Below are positions 1-9,925 of a DNA stretch of 56,247 nucleotides, piece by piece (within the stretch, counting starts at the first letter, position 1; each line of letters starts with the position of its first letter). The notes below the pieces were generated by a model, which saw only the letters and a program-made list of their open reading frames with translations, was not told where the DNA came from and ran no database searches. Source of the DNA: Candidatus Rokuibacteriota bacterium (GTDB taxonomy: Bacteria; Methylomirabilota; Methylomirabilia; Rokubacteriales; CSP1-6); the NCBI GenBank assembly GCA_016184305.1, contig JACPCX010000122.1:1-56247 (forward strand), in the 5' to 3' direction. A program made the position numbers and the translations under genes.

Positions 1-509
1 GCTTCGTTCAATCCGACTTTTTCACGCATCGCGGAATCGCGTGCCGTCGTGTTTCATCCTTGGTGGCGCGACGCGCGAAAAAGCCCTCTTCATTATGTCG
101 GGGTGACGGGGGCCACGAGGGGGGCGCCCGCCGCTGTGGCATCGGCTCCTGGGGCTCTGTGCCATCCGTTCCTGGGGTTCCTGGGGCGGCCGGCGTCCGA
201 GTCTGGCCCCTTCTGTCAAGCTCTCGGGGCCCGAGGAGGCCAGGGGGTGGGCCGCGTAGCTTCGCATGGCCTTGACGTTGACCATGCTCAACGCACGCGG
301 GAGCATGGCCAGCGCCGCCCAGGGTGGTTGCGCCTGGGTTGCGCCCTGTGCTACGTTCTGCCGTGATCTGCAACATCGCGCGCCTGATATTCTCGCTACT
401 TCGGGCGCGTCGGGCGACGTGTCAGATCAGATACGCCCGGGTTGCACACGTGCTGCTCGCCGGAGTCGTCGAGGGCGGAGAGGACGAGCCGCGGCCGTCC
501 GCAGGGCTT

Positions 510-713
510 CTAGCGCGTCACGCCCTGCTTGGCCCGCGTGAGCCACACCAGCGCCAGGTCGGTATCTCCCCAGCCGTGGGACCGGAGATGGGCCACCCAG
601 GCCTTCACGGTGGCCGCCGGGACCTCTCTCTCCTCCCGGTCGACCTCGATCCGGTCGGGGCAGGGCTGACGGCTGTTGCGTTCCGAAGCTGGAGGCGTGT
701 CGGTGGGCTTCAT
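510..713 (-). CDS. Small hypothetical protein (67 aa)
   Basis: ATG preceded by purine-rich GAGGAAGGGAA on the minus strand; composition is more protein-like than the overlapping Arg/Gly/Pro-rich frames; no family recognised. Confidence 0.5.
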   Translation of the reverse strand: MKPTDTPPASERNSRQPCPDRIEVDREEREVPAATVKAWVAHLRSHGWGDTDLALVWLTRAKQGVTR

Positions 714-870
714 GTGGGTTCCCTTCCTCGTGCGATAGATGGAATCCGGCAGGGCCGACGGCGGGACGGGGAGATACCGGCGAGGACACGAGAGGGCAGC
801 GGGGACGCCAGCCCCGCCATTCTCTTCCGCGAAGAGGATCTCAGTATACAGGAAACGGGCACCGCCGGGG

Positions 871-1986
871 TCACGGCATCAACGCCGCGCGCGTGATGGT
901 GAGCGTGTCCTTGTTGTGCCACTCGCTGGCCGCGAAGGCCTCGTTGATCTTCTCGAGCGGGTACGTGTGGGAGAGGATCCGCTCCCACGGCCAGCGGGTC
1001 TTGGTGCGCACGAGGAAGTCCAGCGCGCGCGGGATGACCCACGGGTCGTACTGGAACACGCCCACGATCTTCTTCGAGCCCCAGACGAGAAGCGACGGCT
1101 CCAGCTCCACCTTGGCGCCGCGGCTGATGGTGCCGATCTCGATGTAGGTGCCGCCGGCGCGCAGCATCTCGATCCCCTCCGGGATGACGGCGGGGAAGCC
1201 CACCAGGTCGCATGCCACGTCGGCGCCCACGCCGTCCGTCCACTGGCGCACGAGCTTGACGCGCTCTTTCCGGTCGGGCACCTCGCGGATGTTCAGCGTG
1301 TGGTCGGCGCCGAAGGCGCGGGCCAGCTCGAGCCGGCCGGGGATCTGGTCCACGACGATCACGCAGGAGGCGCCCATGTCCTTGGCGACGGCCGCCGTCT
1401 GGACGCCGAGGCCCCCCGCGCCCTGGATCAGCACCCGGTCGCCGAGGCGCAAGCCAGCCACGGTGAGCCCGTAGATGACCTGCGACAGCGCGCAGTTGAC
1501 GGGAGAGACCACCTCGTCCGACAGCCCGTCCGGCACCTTGAAGATGGCGCCGCCGGGGCGCAGGTAGTAATGATCCGCGAAGGCGCCGTGCAGATGCGGG
1601 AAGACCGAGGGCCCGACGGCCCGCTCGATCTTGTTGGGGCAGGCCGAGGGCTCCTTGTGCAGGCAGGCGTAGCAGCGGCCGCACGGGTAGAAGTAGGTGT
1701 AGGCCACCCGGTCGCCTTCCTTGAGGGGCCGGCCGAGCGAGTCCGTCTTGACCCGCGCGCCCAGCTTGGCGACGCGGCCCGTCATCTCGTGACCGTAGAT
1801 CCAGCCGTCTTCCGGCAACTTCAGCGGAGCATCTCCACGCCAGAAGTGGAGGTCCGACCCGCAGATGTTCGCCACGGTGACGCGGATCAACACGCCCTCC
1901 GGCTCCACCTCCGGGATCGGCACGTCGCGCAGCTCGAAGGGCTTGCCGGGGCCGAAGAAGACGGCGGCTCTCGCGGTGGCTGGCAT
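871..1986 (-). CDS. Zinc-binding alcohol dehydrogenase (MDR family)
   Basis: ICGSD, GHE, structural-Zn CGRCYAC...C and GAGGLG Rossmann motifs; start set at MPATARAAVF behind AGGAG. Confidence 0.92.
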   Translation of the reverse strand: MPATARAAVFFGPGKPFELRDVPIPEVEPEGVLIRVTVANICGSDLHFWRGDAPLKLPEDGWIYGHEMTGRVAKLGARVKTDSLGRPLKEGDRVAYTYFYPCGRCYACLHKEPSACPNKIERAVGPSVFPHLHGAFADHYYLRPGGAIFKVPDGLSDEVVSPVNCALSQVIYGLTVAGLRLGDRVLIQGAGGLGVQTAAVAKDMGASCVIVVDQIPGRLELARAFGADHTLNIREVPDRKERVKLVRQWTDGVGADVACDLVGFPAVIPEGIEMLRAGGTYIEIGTISRGAKVELEPSLLVWGSKKIVGVFQYDPWVIPRALDFLVRTKTRWPWERILSHTYPLEKINEAFAASEWHNKDTLTITRAALMP

Positions 1987-2000
1987 GACTGGTCTCCTGA

Positions 2001-3230
2001 TTACGCGCCTCGGTCGCGGCCGAGGTCGAAGGCGTCGTGGAGCGCGCGGACGGCGAGCTCGGTGTACTTGTCCTCGATCACGCACGACACGGCGATCTCG
2101 GAGGTGGAGATCATCTGGATGTTGATGCCTTCCTTCGAGAGCGTGGCGAAGATCTGCCCGGCCACGCCCGCGTGGCTCCGCATGCCCACCCCGACGGCGG
2201 AAACCTTGGCGACGCGGTCGTCGGCCGCCACGCCCGCCGCCCCGATGTCCTTGGCCACGATGGCGAGCACCTGCTCGGCGCGCGCGCGGTCGGCCCGGGG
2301 CAGGGTGAAGGAGATGTCGGTGAAGCCGTCCCGGCTGATGTTCTGGACGATCATGTCCACCACGATGCTCTGGGCGCCGAGCGCTCCGAACACCTGCGCG
2401 GCGATGCCGGGCCGGTCGGGCACGCGGAGGATGGAGACCTTGGCCTGGCCCCGGTCATGCGTGATGCCGGTGACCACCACCTCTTCCATGCTGTCGTCCT
2501 CCCTGGTCACGAGGGTGCCCGGGTCCGGCTTGAACGTGGAGCGGACGTGGACCGGCACCCCGTACTTCTTGGCGAACTCGACGGAGCGGGACTGGAGCAC
2601 CTTGGCGCCCAGGCTCGCCATCTCGAGCATCTCGTCGTAGGACACGCGCGCGAGCTTCCGGGCCTCGGGCACGACGTTGGGATCGGCCGTGTAGACGCCA
2701 TCCACGTCGGTGAAGATCTCGCAGACGTCGGCCGTGAGGGCGGCGGCCAGCGCCACACCCGTGAGGTCCGATCCCCCGCGCCCCAGCGTCGTGATCTCGC
2801 CGGCCTCCGTCATGCCCTGGAAGCCGGCCACGACGACGATCTTCCCCGCGGCCAGCGCCGCGGCGATGCGCTCGGCGCCGATCCGCCTGATGCGCGCCTT
2901 GGTGTGGACCTCGTCGGTGATCATGTTGACCTGCGGCCCGGTGAACGAGCAGGCGGGGTGGCCGAGGGACTGCAGCGCCATGGCGAGGAGCCCGATGGTG
3001 ACCTGCTCGCCCGTGGCCAGCAGCATGTCCATCTCGCGCGGGTCCGGGGTCGGCGTGATGGCGGCGGCCAGGGCCACCAGAGAATCGGTGGTCTTGCCCA
3101 TGGCGGAGACCACCACGACCACGCGGTGCCCCTGCGCCGCGGACTCGGCCACGCGGCGAGCGACGCTCTTGATCTTCTCGGGGTCGGCGACGGAGGAGCC
3201 GCCGTACTTCTGGACGACGAGGAGCCCCAT
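2001..3230 (-). CDS. lysC: Aspartate kinase (two ACT domains)
   Basis: [33 protein letters not shown] motifs; 409 aa. Confidence 0.96.
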   Translation of the reverse strand: MGLLVVQKYGGSSVADPEKIKSVARRVAESAAQGHRVVVVVSAMGKTTDSLVALAAAITPTPDPREMDMLLATGEQVTIGLLAMALQSLGHPACSFTGPQVNMITDEVHTKARIRRIGAERIAAALAAGKIVVVAGFQGMTEAGEITTLGRGGSDLTGVALAAALTADVCEIFTDVDGVYTADPNVVPEARKLARVSYDEMLEMASLGAKVLQSRSVEFAKKYGVPVHVRSTFKPDPGTLVTREDDSMEEVVVTGITHDRGQAKVSILRVPDRPGIAAQVFGALGAQSIVVDMIVQNISRDGFTDISFTLPRADRARAEQVLAIVAKDIGAAGVAADDRVAKVSAVGVGMRSHAGVAGQIFATLSKEGINIQMISTSEIAVSCVIEDKYTELAVRALHDAFDLGRDRGA

Positions 3231-3255
3231 GACTGAGGCATCCTACACGACATCC

Positions 3256-3361
3256 GGCAGGTGAAAAAGGGCTTGGCGAGCCGCAGCCGAGAGGCAAGGC
3301 GAGCGGAGATGGAAATCCCCCGAGCGGAGCGAGCCAGCCGGACGGTTCTGGCTGATGCTAG
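3256..3361. repeat. Dispersed repeat: 65-bp module (3271-3335) also found nested in MITE-like copies at about 11.1 and 12.3 kb
   Basis: gcttggcgagccg...gaggc(a/g)agg(c/t)gagcgga...cgagcg(t)gagcgagcc aligns with 12255-12319; preceded by TIR-like ggcaggtgaaaaagg and followed by CTAG at 3358-3361. Confidence 0.75.
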
Positions 3362-4029
3362 CGGCCGGGGCGCTCGGCGCCGGGAGGGTGGGGGACCGGC
3401 CGGCCTCCCGCGCCCCCGCGCGGGCGCTCCTCCCGGCGCCCGCCCTCGCCACCAGGCCCCTCGCGCTGCTCCCGCCGCTCGCGCCACACCTCGCGCGCCC
3501 GCTGGCGCTCGCCGGACGTCATGCGGCGCCAGCGCTCCCAGTTGCGCTCCACGCGCTGGCGCTCTGCGGGCGTCATCGCCTGGTACTGCCGGAAGCGCTG
3601 CATGAGCTGCTCCTGGCGCTCGGGTGAGAGCCGCTGGAAGCGCTCGTGAGCTCTCTCGATCTCGCGCCTGCGCTCTTCCGACAGTTGGTTCCAGCGCTGG
3701 AAGTCCTGGAGGATTCTGGCGCGCTCGGCCGGCGGCATCTTCCGGAGCCGCTCCTGGTTCTGCCGCGCCGCCTTGCGCTCCTCCGGGGTGAGCGCCTTCC
3801 AGTGCCGGTAGTTCTCGAGCACCCGCTGGCGCTCGGCCGGGGGCAGCGCCCGCCAGCGCTCCAGGTTCCGCCGGGCGATTTCCTGTTCCTCCGGGGAGAG
3901 ACGCTCGAGCCCCTGGATCGCGGGCTCCGAGAGCCGTCCAGCCGGGGGGGGCGCCTGCGCCGGCGTCGGGCCGGCATCGGCCAGCAGCATCGCGGTCGCG
4001 AGCGCCGCCATCCACAGCAGCCTCACCAT
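3358..4029 (-). CDS. DUF3106-like secreted/periplasmic helical repeat protein (currently in frame with the upstream sigma remnant)
   Basis: Signal-peptide-like MVRLLWMAALATAMLLADAGPTPAQA followed by repeated (W/F)xxL(S/T/P)PEERQ units. Confidence 0.75.
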   Translation of the reverse strand: MVRLLWMAALATAMLLADAGPTPAQAPPPAGRLSEPAIQGLERLSPEEQEIARRNLERWRALPPAERQRVLENYRHWKALTPEERKAARQNQERLRKMPPAERARILQDFQRWNQLSEERRREIERAHERFQRLSPERQEQLMQRFRQYQAMTPAERQRVERNWERWRRMTSGERQRAREVWRERREQREGPGGEGGRREERPRGGAGGRPVPHPPGAERPGR

Positions 4030-4521
4030 CTCAGTCGTGGGCAGTCCCTCCCGACACGAGAGCAGCACCGCCGCGCGCTGCTGCGGCGACAGCTCCTCCA
4101 CGGCCTTCCACAGGCGGCTCATGCGCCGGTCCTCGTCCAGCGTGTCCCCGGGGTCGACGAACGGCGCCGGCTCGCGCTCCACCGGATCGCTGTCCGCCAT
4201 CTCGCCGGCATCCCGATCGCGCCACGCGAGAAGGCGGCGCCAGCCGCGGCCGCGCCGCCGGTGGTCCAGACAGCAATTGACCAGGATGCGGTAGAACCAC
4301 GTCGAGAACTTGGCCTGGCCGGCGAAGGTGCGGGCCGACCCGTGCAGCCGGATGAAGGCCTCCTGCGAGCAATCCTTGGCGTCCTCCTGATTCCGCAGGA
4401 TGGACCAGGCGATCCGGTAGGCGCGCTCCTGGTACCGCTCCACCAGGAGGTCGAACGCCCGCGCCCCCTGGTTGGCGACGCGACGGCAGAGCGCTTCATC
4501 GGAGAGATCCAGGCAGTCCAC
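4030..4521 (-). pseudogene. ECF sigma-70 factor truncated in region 4 and fused in frame to the DUF3106 gene
   Basis: Region 2 (DAKDCSQEAFIRL...KFSTWFYRILVN) intact; region 4 begins (LSPQQRAAVLL..EGLPTTE) but the HTH recognition helix is missing. Confidence 0.8.
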
Positions 4522-4606
4522 TCGACCGATCGTCCCACACGCCCATCTCATGCACCAAGCCTGAGGGAGCGCGGCAGCGCGGCCGCGCTCCCTCAGGCGG
4601 CATGGC

Positions 4607-4984
4607 TCACCGCCCGCGACGCTGCCTGAGGTCTCGATGCAGCTCGCGCCGATCCTGGCGCAGGTCGCGCCCGTCGTCGCGCCGGTCCCGGACGTCCTCT
4701 CGCAGCTCGCGCCGGTCGCCCCGCAGCTCCTGGCGCGCCTCGCTGATCCGCTCCTGATCGCCCGACTTCACGGCCTCGCGCAGATCCCGCCGGTCGCCCC
4801 GCAACTCGCGACGGTCCTGCTGGATCTCGCGGGTGTCCTGCCGGATCTCCTGGCGGTCCTGGCGGATGTCCTGCAAATCCTTCTTGATCTCCTGAGCCCC
4901 TGCCGCATAGGTGAGCAGTCCCACCACCACGCAGGTCGCGGCCACCGCCATGGCCCCCGCCGTCCAGCCTGAAATGTCCTTCAT
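4607..4984 (-). CDS. Secreted coiled-coil protein with 7-residue D-R-R-(E/D)-L-R-x repeats
   Basis: GGGAGGG SD; hydrophobic N-terminus ending AGA; heptads DRQEIRQ/DTREIQQ/DRRELRG/DRRDLRE. Confidence 0.8.
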   Translation of the reverse strand: MKDISGWTAGAMAVAATCVVVGLLTYAAGAQEIKKDLQDIRQDRQEIRQDTREIQQDRRELRGDRRDLREAVKSGDQERISEARQELRGDRRELREDVRDRRDDGRDLRQDRRELHRDLRQRRGR

Positions 4985-5037
4985 CGCGTCCCTCCCGTGT
5001 CGGGGTCAAGCCCCGGATTGGGTTCGTCTGGTTGGTA

Positions 5038-5067
5038 TGACGGCGGCGGACAGCGGGATGTTTACAC
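5038..5067 (-). promoter_or_regulatory. Candidate ECF-type promoter (TGTAAAC-N17-CGTCA)
   Basis: AAC -35 and CGT -10 cores typical of ECF sigma promoters, about 55 nt upstream of the heptad-repeat gene that precedes the ECF sigma. Confidence 0.5.
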
Positions 5068-5102
5068 GCCCCTTCGGGGCGCGGGCCTCGAGCGGGCGCG
5101 GG

Positions 5103-6101
5103 CTAACCCGTCGACGAGGCCGGGTGGACGCCTGTGCTCCGGGCGGCATCGGTGAGGCTCACCTGCTCGACCACCAGGAGGGCGAGTCCCCAGAGGGTCA
5201 CGGGGAGGAACTGGGAGACGTGCAGCAGGATGGAGAAGCTCAAGGCGTCGGTTTGCGGCACCGCGAAGAGCGCGAGCGCAAGGACCACGGCCGCCTGGAC
5301 GATCCCCGCGAAGCCGGGGCTCGAGGGCAGGCTCACTCCGAGACCGAGGAAGGCGAGCACGGCCCAGGCCGCACCGAAGGGCAGCTCCAGGTGGGCGGCG
5401 CGGAAGGCCGTCCACACGCAGGCGGCCAGGGCGAGCCAGATGCCTGCCGACCAGCCAACGATGGGCAGCAGGTGGCGGCGCGCCCGGATTCCGCGGAGCC
5501 CCTCGTTGATGGTCTCGAGGACGCGGGCGGCGGAGGCCGCCAATCGGGGCCAGCGCCCGAAGAACGTGGTCAACAGGCGGCGGCAGCGTTCCGGAGCGGC
5601 CGCGATCGCGGCCAGGAGCCCGATCAGCGCCAGGTCCACGCTCAGGAAGACGAGCGCCGCCCACTCGAGCTCGCGCGGCACCGGCATGAGGAGAAAGAGG
5701 CCCACCAGCATGATCCCCACCGCGAGGGCGTCCAGCACTCGCTCCACGACCATGGTCGCCACGACGGTCCAGAAGCGCTGGCCGCGGCGGGTCACCACGT
5801 AGGCGCGGACAACCTCGCCCGCCCGGAGCGGCAGGAGGTTATTGCCCATGTAGCCGATCATCACCGCGCTGAAGAGGTGCGTGGGGTGGGCGTCCGGCGG
5901 GAAGAGGAAATGCCAGCGGCGGGCGCGCACCCAGAGCGACAGCAGGTTGAGTCCGATGCTCGCCGCGAGGAAGCCCCAGTGCGTTCGGACCAGATTCGCG
6001 GCGATGGCGTCGAGATCGGCATTCCAGAAGAGGGAGACCAGCAGGGCGGCGCTCACCGCCATGCCCAGCAGGATCTTGAGGAGCCGTCCGCGCGACGGCA
6101 C
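5103..6101 (-). CDS. Lysylphosphatidylglycerol synthase TM-domain / flippase-like membrane protein (UPF0104)
   Basis: RARRW, GYMGNNLLPLRAGE, VVERVLD, PSSPG motifs; multiple TM segments; GTG start inferred. Confidence 0.88.
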   Translation of the reverse strand: MPSRGRLLKILLGMAVSAALLVSLFWNADLDAIAANLVRTHWGFLAASIGLNLLSLWVRARRWHFLFPPDAHPTHLFSAVMIGYMGNNLLPLRAGEVVRAYVVTRRGQRFWTVVATMVVERVLDALAVGIMLVGLFLLMPVPRELEWAALVFLSVDLALIGLLAAIAAAPERCRRLLTTFFGRWPRLAASAARVLETINEGLRGIRARRHLLPIVGWSAGIWLALAACVWTAFRAAHLELPFGAAWAVLAFLGLGVSLPSSPGFAGIVQAAVVLALALFAVPQTDALSFSILLHVSQFLPVTLWGLALLVVEQVSLTDAARSTGVHPASSTG

Positions 6102-6109
6102 GGGCGGGA

Positions 6110-7174
6110 TCAGAGCCCGAGCTGGGCGAGCACGGCGTCGAGCCGCGGCGGCACGCTGATGGGGCGGGAGGCGGACTCCAGCGCCGTGTCGGGGTCCTTG
6201 AGCCCATGCCCGGTGAGGGTCAGCACGAGCGTCGATCCCGGCTCGAAGCGGCCCGCCTTGACCATCTTCATGAGCCCGGCCACGGTGGCGCAGGAGGCCG
6301 GCTCCATGAAGATGCCCTCCTCGCGCGCGAGCATGCGGTAGGCGCGGATGATCTCCTCGTCGGTCACCGCCTCGATCCAGCCGCGGGAGTCGTGCAGCGC
6401 TTCCTTGGCGAGCCCCCACGAGGCCGGGTTGCCGATCTTGATGGCGGTGGCCACGGTCTTCGGCTCGGCGATGATGCGGTCCTCGACGATCGGCGCGGCG
6501 CCGGCGGCCTGGAAGCCCACCATCTTCGGCAGTTCCTTGGCGAGCCCGGCGCGGTGGTACTCGCGGTACCCGCGCCAGTAGGCCGTGATGTTGCCCGCGT
6601 TGCCCACGGGGATGAGGTGGTAATCGGGAGCGCGCCCGAGCTGGTCCACCACCTCGAAGGCGCCCGTCTTCTGCCCCTCGAGACGGAAGGGGTTCAGGCT
6701 ATTGACCAGCGTGACCGGGTGGCGCTCGGCGATTTGCCGGACGATGTCGAGGGCCTGGTCGAAGTTGCCGTCCACGACCAGCACGGTGGCGCCGTGGATG
6801 GCCGCCTGGGAGAGCTTGCCGATGGCGACGGCCCCCTTGGGCACCATCACGAAGGCGCGCATGCCGGCGCGGGCCGCGTAGGCGGCTGCCGACGCCGAGG
6901 TGTTCCCCGTGGACGCGCAGATGACCGCGCGGGCGCCGGCCTCCGCGGCCTTGGAGATGGCCAGGGTCATGCCGCGGTCCTTGAAGGAGCCGGTAGGGTT
7001 GAAGCCCTCGCACTTCAGGTAAATGCGGAGCGTCGGGTCCGTCGCCTCGGCCAGCCGCGGGGCCGGCACGAGCGGCGTATTGCCCTCGTGAAGCGTCACC
7101 ACCGGGGTCTTCGGCGTGACGGGCAGGAAGGCCCGGTAGCGCTCGATCACTCCCGGCCACGCGGAAGAGGTCAT
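6110..7174 (-). CDS. thrC: Threonine synthase
   Basis: EGNTPL, NPTGSFKDRG (PLP lysine), ASTGNTS, PVGNAGN, LTGHGLKD. Confidence 0.96.
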   Translation of the reverse strand: MTSSAWPGVIERYRAFLPVTPKTPVVTLHEGNTPLVPAPRLAEATDPTLRIYLKCEGFNPTGSFKDRGMTLAISKAAEAGARAVICASTGNTSASAAAYAARAGMRAFVMVPKGAVAIGKLSQAAIHGATVLVVDGNFDQALDIVRQIAERHPVTLVNSLNPFRLEGQKTGAFEVVDQLGRAPDYHLIPVGNAGNITAYWRGYREYHRAGLAKELPKMVGFQAAGAAPIVEDRIIAEPKTVATAIKIGNPASWGLAKEALHDSRGWIEAVTDEEIIRAYRMLAREEGIFMEPASCATVAGLMKMVKAGRFEPGSTLVLTLTGHGLKDPDTALESASRPISVPPRLDAVLAQLGL

Positions 7175-7365
7175 GCCGGGTTCTCTCCATGTCGCCTGAA
7201 TGTGAATGACATCGGGTGGCGGTAAGGCCTCTTCGCCCCTGCGGGGCTCTCTCCATGTCGCCTGAATGTGAATGACATCGGGTGGCGGTAAGGCCTCTTC
7301 GCCCCTGCGGGGCTCATCGGGGCGTCCGCATCACCGATCCGCTGTCTCACCGAGGGGACGATCAT
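7171..7365 (-). CDS. Candidate 64-aa repeat-derived mini-ORF overlapping the hom stop and the thrC start
   Basis: ATG 7365 overlaps the hom TGA (ATGA); its own TGA overlaps the thrC ATG (ATGA); contains two 22-aa repeats SPAGAKRPYRHPMSFTFRRHGE. Confidence 0.4.
   Translation of the reverse strand: MIVPSVRQRIGDADAPMSPAGAKRPYRHPMSFTFRRHGESPAGAKRPYRHPMSFTFRRHGENPA
7182..7315. repeat. Perfect 66-bp tandem duplication (2 copies)
   Basis: Unit tctctccatgtcgcctgaatgtgaatgacatcgggtggcggtaaggcctcttcgcccctgcggggc at 7182 and 7248. Confidence 0.95.
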
Positions 7366-8663
7366 GCCGGTTCTACCCTGATCATGGTGGTGCGCGCGGC
7401 GACGACGGGGAGGCGGTCGATGGCCGCGAGCGCGGCCCGCATGTCCCGCTCGCGCGCGTCGTGGGTCAGCATCACCACGGGCACGGCCTCGCCCTCGGCG
7501 CGTGCCTTCTGGAGCACCGAGACCAGGGAGATGTCGTGGCGGCCGAGGATGCCGGCCACCTGCGCCAGCACGCCGGGGCGATCGAGAGCCATCACGCGCA
7601 GGTAGTAGGCAGAGCGGATCTCGTCCATGGGGCGGAGCGGCAGCGGGGCCCTGGCCACCGACGGCAGCTCCACCGGGAGCGCCGGGATCCCGTGGGCCAC
7701 GCGCCGGGCGATCTCGAGCGCGTCCGACCACACGGCCGAGGCCGTGGGGAGCTGTCCGGCGCCCCGGCCGTAGAACATCAGGTTGCCGACGTTGTCCCCG
7801 CTGATGAACACCGCATTGTAGACGCCCGAGACGGCCGCCAGCGGCGACTGGGTCGGGATCATGGTCGGGTGCACCCGCGCCTCCAGCCCGCCATTGGAGG
7901 CCTTGGCGATGGCGAGGAGCTTGATGCGGTAGCCCAGCTCGGCCGCGTTGACCACGTCCTCGTGGGCGACGCCCGTGATGCCCTCGGTGTAGATGTCCTT
8001 GAGGTCCAGGGAAGTCCGGAACGCGAGCATGGCGAGGATCTGCAGCTTGTGGGCCGAGTCCATGCCCTCGATGTCGAGCGCGGGGTCCGCCTCGGCGTAC
8101 CCGCGCGCCTGGGCCTCCTTGAGCACCACGGAGAAGTCGAGCCCCTCGTCCGTCATCTTCGAGAGGATGTAGTTGCATGTCCCGTTGACGATGCCGAAGA
8201 CGGAGGCGATCCGGTTGGCCGGCAGGCCCTCCCGGACGGCGCGGAGCAGCGGGATGCCGCCGGCCACCGCGGCCTCGAACCCCAGCATGACCCGGTGGCG
8301 CCGCGCCTGCTCGAACAGCTCGGCCCCGTGGTGGGCGAGGAGGGCCTTGTTGGCCGTGACCACGTTCTTGCCCGCGGCGAGGGCGCGCAGGATGAAGGTC
8401 CGCGCCGGCTCGAGCCCGCCGATGAGCTCGATGACGATCTGGATGGACGGGTCGTCGAGGACCTGCCGGGCGTCGGGGACGAGGTGCAGGCGCGCGAGGT
8501 CGATCCCCTCACGCTCGCGGATGAGGTCGGCGTCGGCGATCGCTGCCAGGGTGAGCCGGCAGTCGGTCCGCTCCTGCATCTCGGCGCCGTGCGTGTCGAG
8601 GATCTTGACGACGCCCGCGCCGACCGTACCGAGTCCGAGAAGGCCGATCCTGATCTCGTTCAT
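7362..8663 (-). CDS. hom: Homoserine dehydrogenase with C-terminal ACT domain
   Basis: GLLGLGTVG, VVTANKA, FEAAVAGGIP, GIVNGTCNYIL, GYAEADP, DRPGVLA; start MNEIRIG. Confidence 0.96.
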   Translation of the reverse strand: MNEIRIGLLGLGTVGAGVVKILDTHGAEMQERTDCRLTLAAIADADLIREREGIDLARLHLVPDARQVLDDPSIQIVIELIGGLEPARTFILRALAAGKNVVTANKALLAHHGAELFEQARRHRVMLGFEAAVAGGIPLLRAVREGLPANRIASVFGIVNGTCNYILSKMTDEGLDFSVVLKEAQARGYAEADPALDIEGMDSAHKLQILAMLAFRTSLDLKDIYTEGITGVAHEDVVNAAELGYRIKLLAIAKASNGGLEARVHPTMIPTQSPLAAVSGVYNAVFISGDNVGNLMFYGRGAGQLPTASAVWSDALEIARRVAHGIPALPVELPSVARAPLPLRPMDEIRSAYYLRVMALDRPGVLAQVAGILGRHDISLVSVLQKARAEGEAVPVVMLTHDARERDMRAALAAIDRLPVVAARTTMIRVEPA

Positions 8664-8730
8664 CGTGAGTGTGGCGTGCTGTGATCCGCGGGTGAGCGCG
8701 CCGGCGGTGCCCCGCGCCCGGCCCTGAGCG

Positions 8731-9903
8731 TTACCGCCTCGTGAGACTCCGGAGGCCCCGGAGCGCCTGTCTGATGCGCTGCTCGTTCTCCACCAGCGCA
8801 AAGCGGACGAATCCCTCGCCGTACTCGCCGAAGCCGATTCCCGGGGAGACGGCGACCCTGGCCTCCTGGATGAGCATCTTGGCGAACTCGAGGGAGCCCA
8901 TGGCCCGGAACGCCTCCGGCACGGGCGCCCAGACGAACATGGTGCCCCTGGGCTTCTCGACCTTCCAGCCGGCCTTGTTGAGTCCGTCTACCAGCACGTC
9001 GCGCCGGCGCCGGTAGACTTCCCGGATTCCCTCCACGCAGGCTTGATCGTCCTCGAGGGCGATGATGCCCGCGATCTGTATCGGCTGGAAGACGCCGTAG
9101 TCCAGGTAGGACTTGATGCGCGCCAGCGCGTTGACCATTTCCCGGTTGCCGCAGCAGAAGGCCAGCCGCCAGCCGGCCATGTTGTAGGACTTGGTGAGCG
9201 AGAAGAGCTCGACCCCCACCTCCTTGGCCCCCGGGACCTCGAGGAAGGACGGAGGCGTGTAGCCGTCGAAGTGGATGTCGGCGTACGCGAAGTCGTGGAC
9301 GACCATCAGGCGGTGCTCCTTCGCGAAGTCCACCACCTTGACGAAGAAGTCCCGGTCCACGCAGAGCGTCGTGGGGTTGTGGGGGAAGGAGAGGATCAGG
9401 AGCTTCGCCTTCGGCCACGACAGCCGCGCCGTCTCCTGGAGCCGCGCGAAGAAGTCCTCTCCCGGGACGAGCGGCACCGAGCGCAGATCCCCGTCGGCGA
9501 TGACAACCGAGTAGGAGTGGATCGGGTAGGTGGGGTTCGGCACGAGCGCTCCGTCGCCCGGCTGGAGCACCGCCAGGGCCAGGTGCGCCAGCCCCTCCTT
9601 GGCGCCGATGGTGGCGATCGCCTCGGTCTCCGGGTCCAGCTCGACTCCGTAGTGGTCGTGGTACCAGGTCGTGATCGCCTTCCGGAGCCGCGTGATCCCC
9701 TTGGAGGCCGAGTATCGGTGGTTGCGCGGGTTGCGCGCCGCCTCCACCAGCTTGTCCACGATATGCGGGGGCGTGGCCTGGTCGGGGTTGCCCATTCCCA
9801 GGTCGATGATGTCCTCGCCACGAGCCCTGGCTTTGGCCTTGAGGTCGTTGACAATGGCGAAGACGTAAGGGGGGAGCCGCTTGATCCGGTAGAACTCGTC
9901 CAT
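8731..9903 (-). CDS. alaC: Class I/II PLP aminotransferase, AlaC/LL-DAP aminotransferase-like
   Basis: [43 protein letters not shown]; typical position upstream of hom. Confidence 0.85.
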   Translation of the reverse strand: MDEFYRIKRLPPYVFAIVNDLKAKARARGEDIIDLGMGNPDQATPPHIVDKLVEAARNPRNHRYSASKGITRLRKAITTWYHDHYGVELDPETEAIATIGAKEGLAHLALAVLQPGDGALVPNPTYPIHSYSVVIADGDLRSVPLVPGEDFFARLQETARLSWPKAKLLILSFPHNPTTLCVDRDFFVKVVDFAKEHRLMVVHDFAYADIHFDGYTPPSFLEVPGAKEVGVELFSLTKSYNMAGWRLAFCCGNREMVNALARIKSYLDYGVFQPIQIAGIIALEDDQACVEGIREVYRRRRDVLVDGLNKAGWKVEKPRGTMFVWAPVPEAFRAMGSLEFAKMLIQEARVAVSPGIGFGEYGEGFVRFALVENEQRIRQALRGLRSLTRR

Positions 9904-9925
9904 GATGTGGGTTCCGCTTCGAAAA

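Noticed and set aside
3231..3357. Lysine riboswitch upstream of lysC
   Set aside because: Too short, lacks the consensus, and is explained by the dispersed repeat plus a -10 box next to the ATG.
7182..7315. Tandem repeat as a CRISPR array
   Set aside because: Two contiguous 66-bp units with no spacers and no cas genes in the window.
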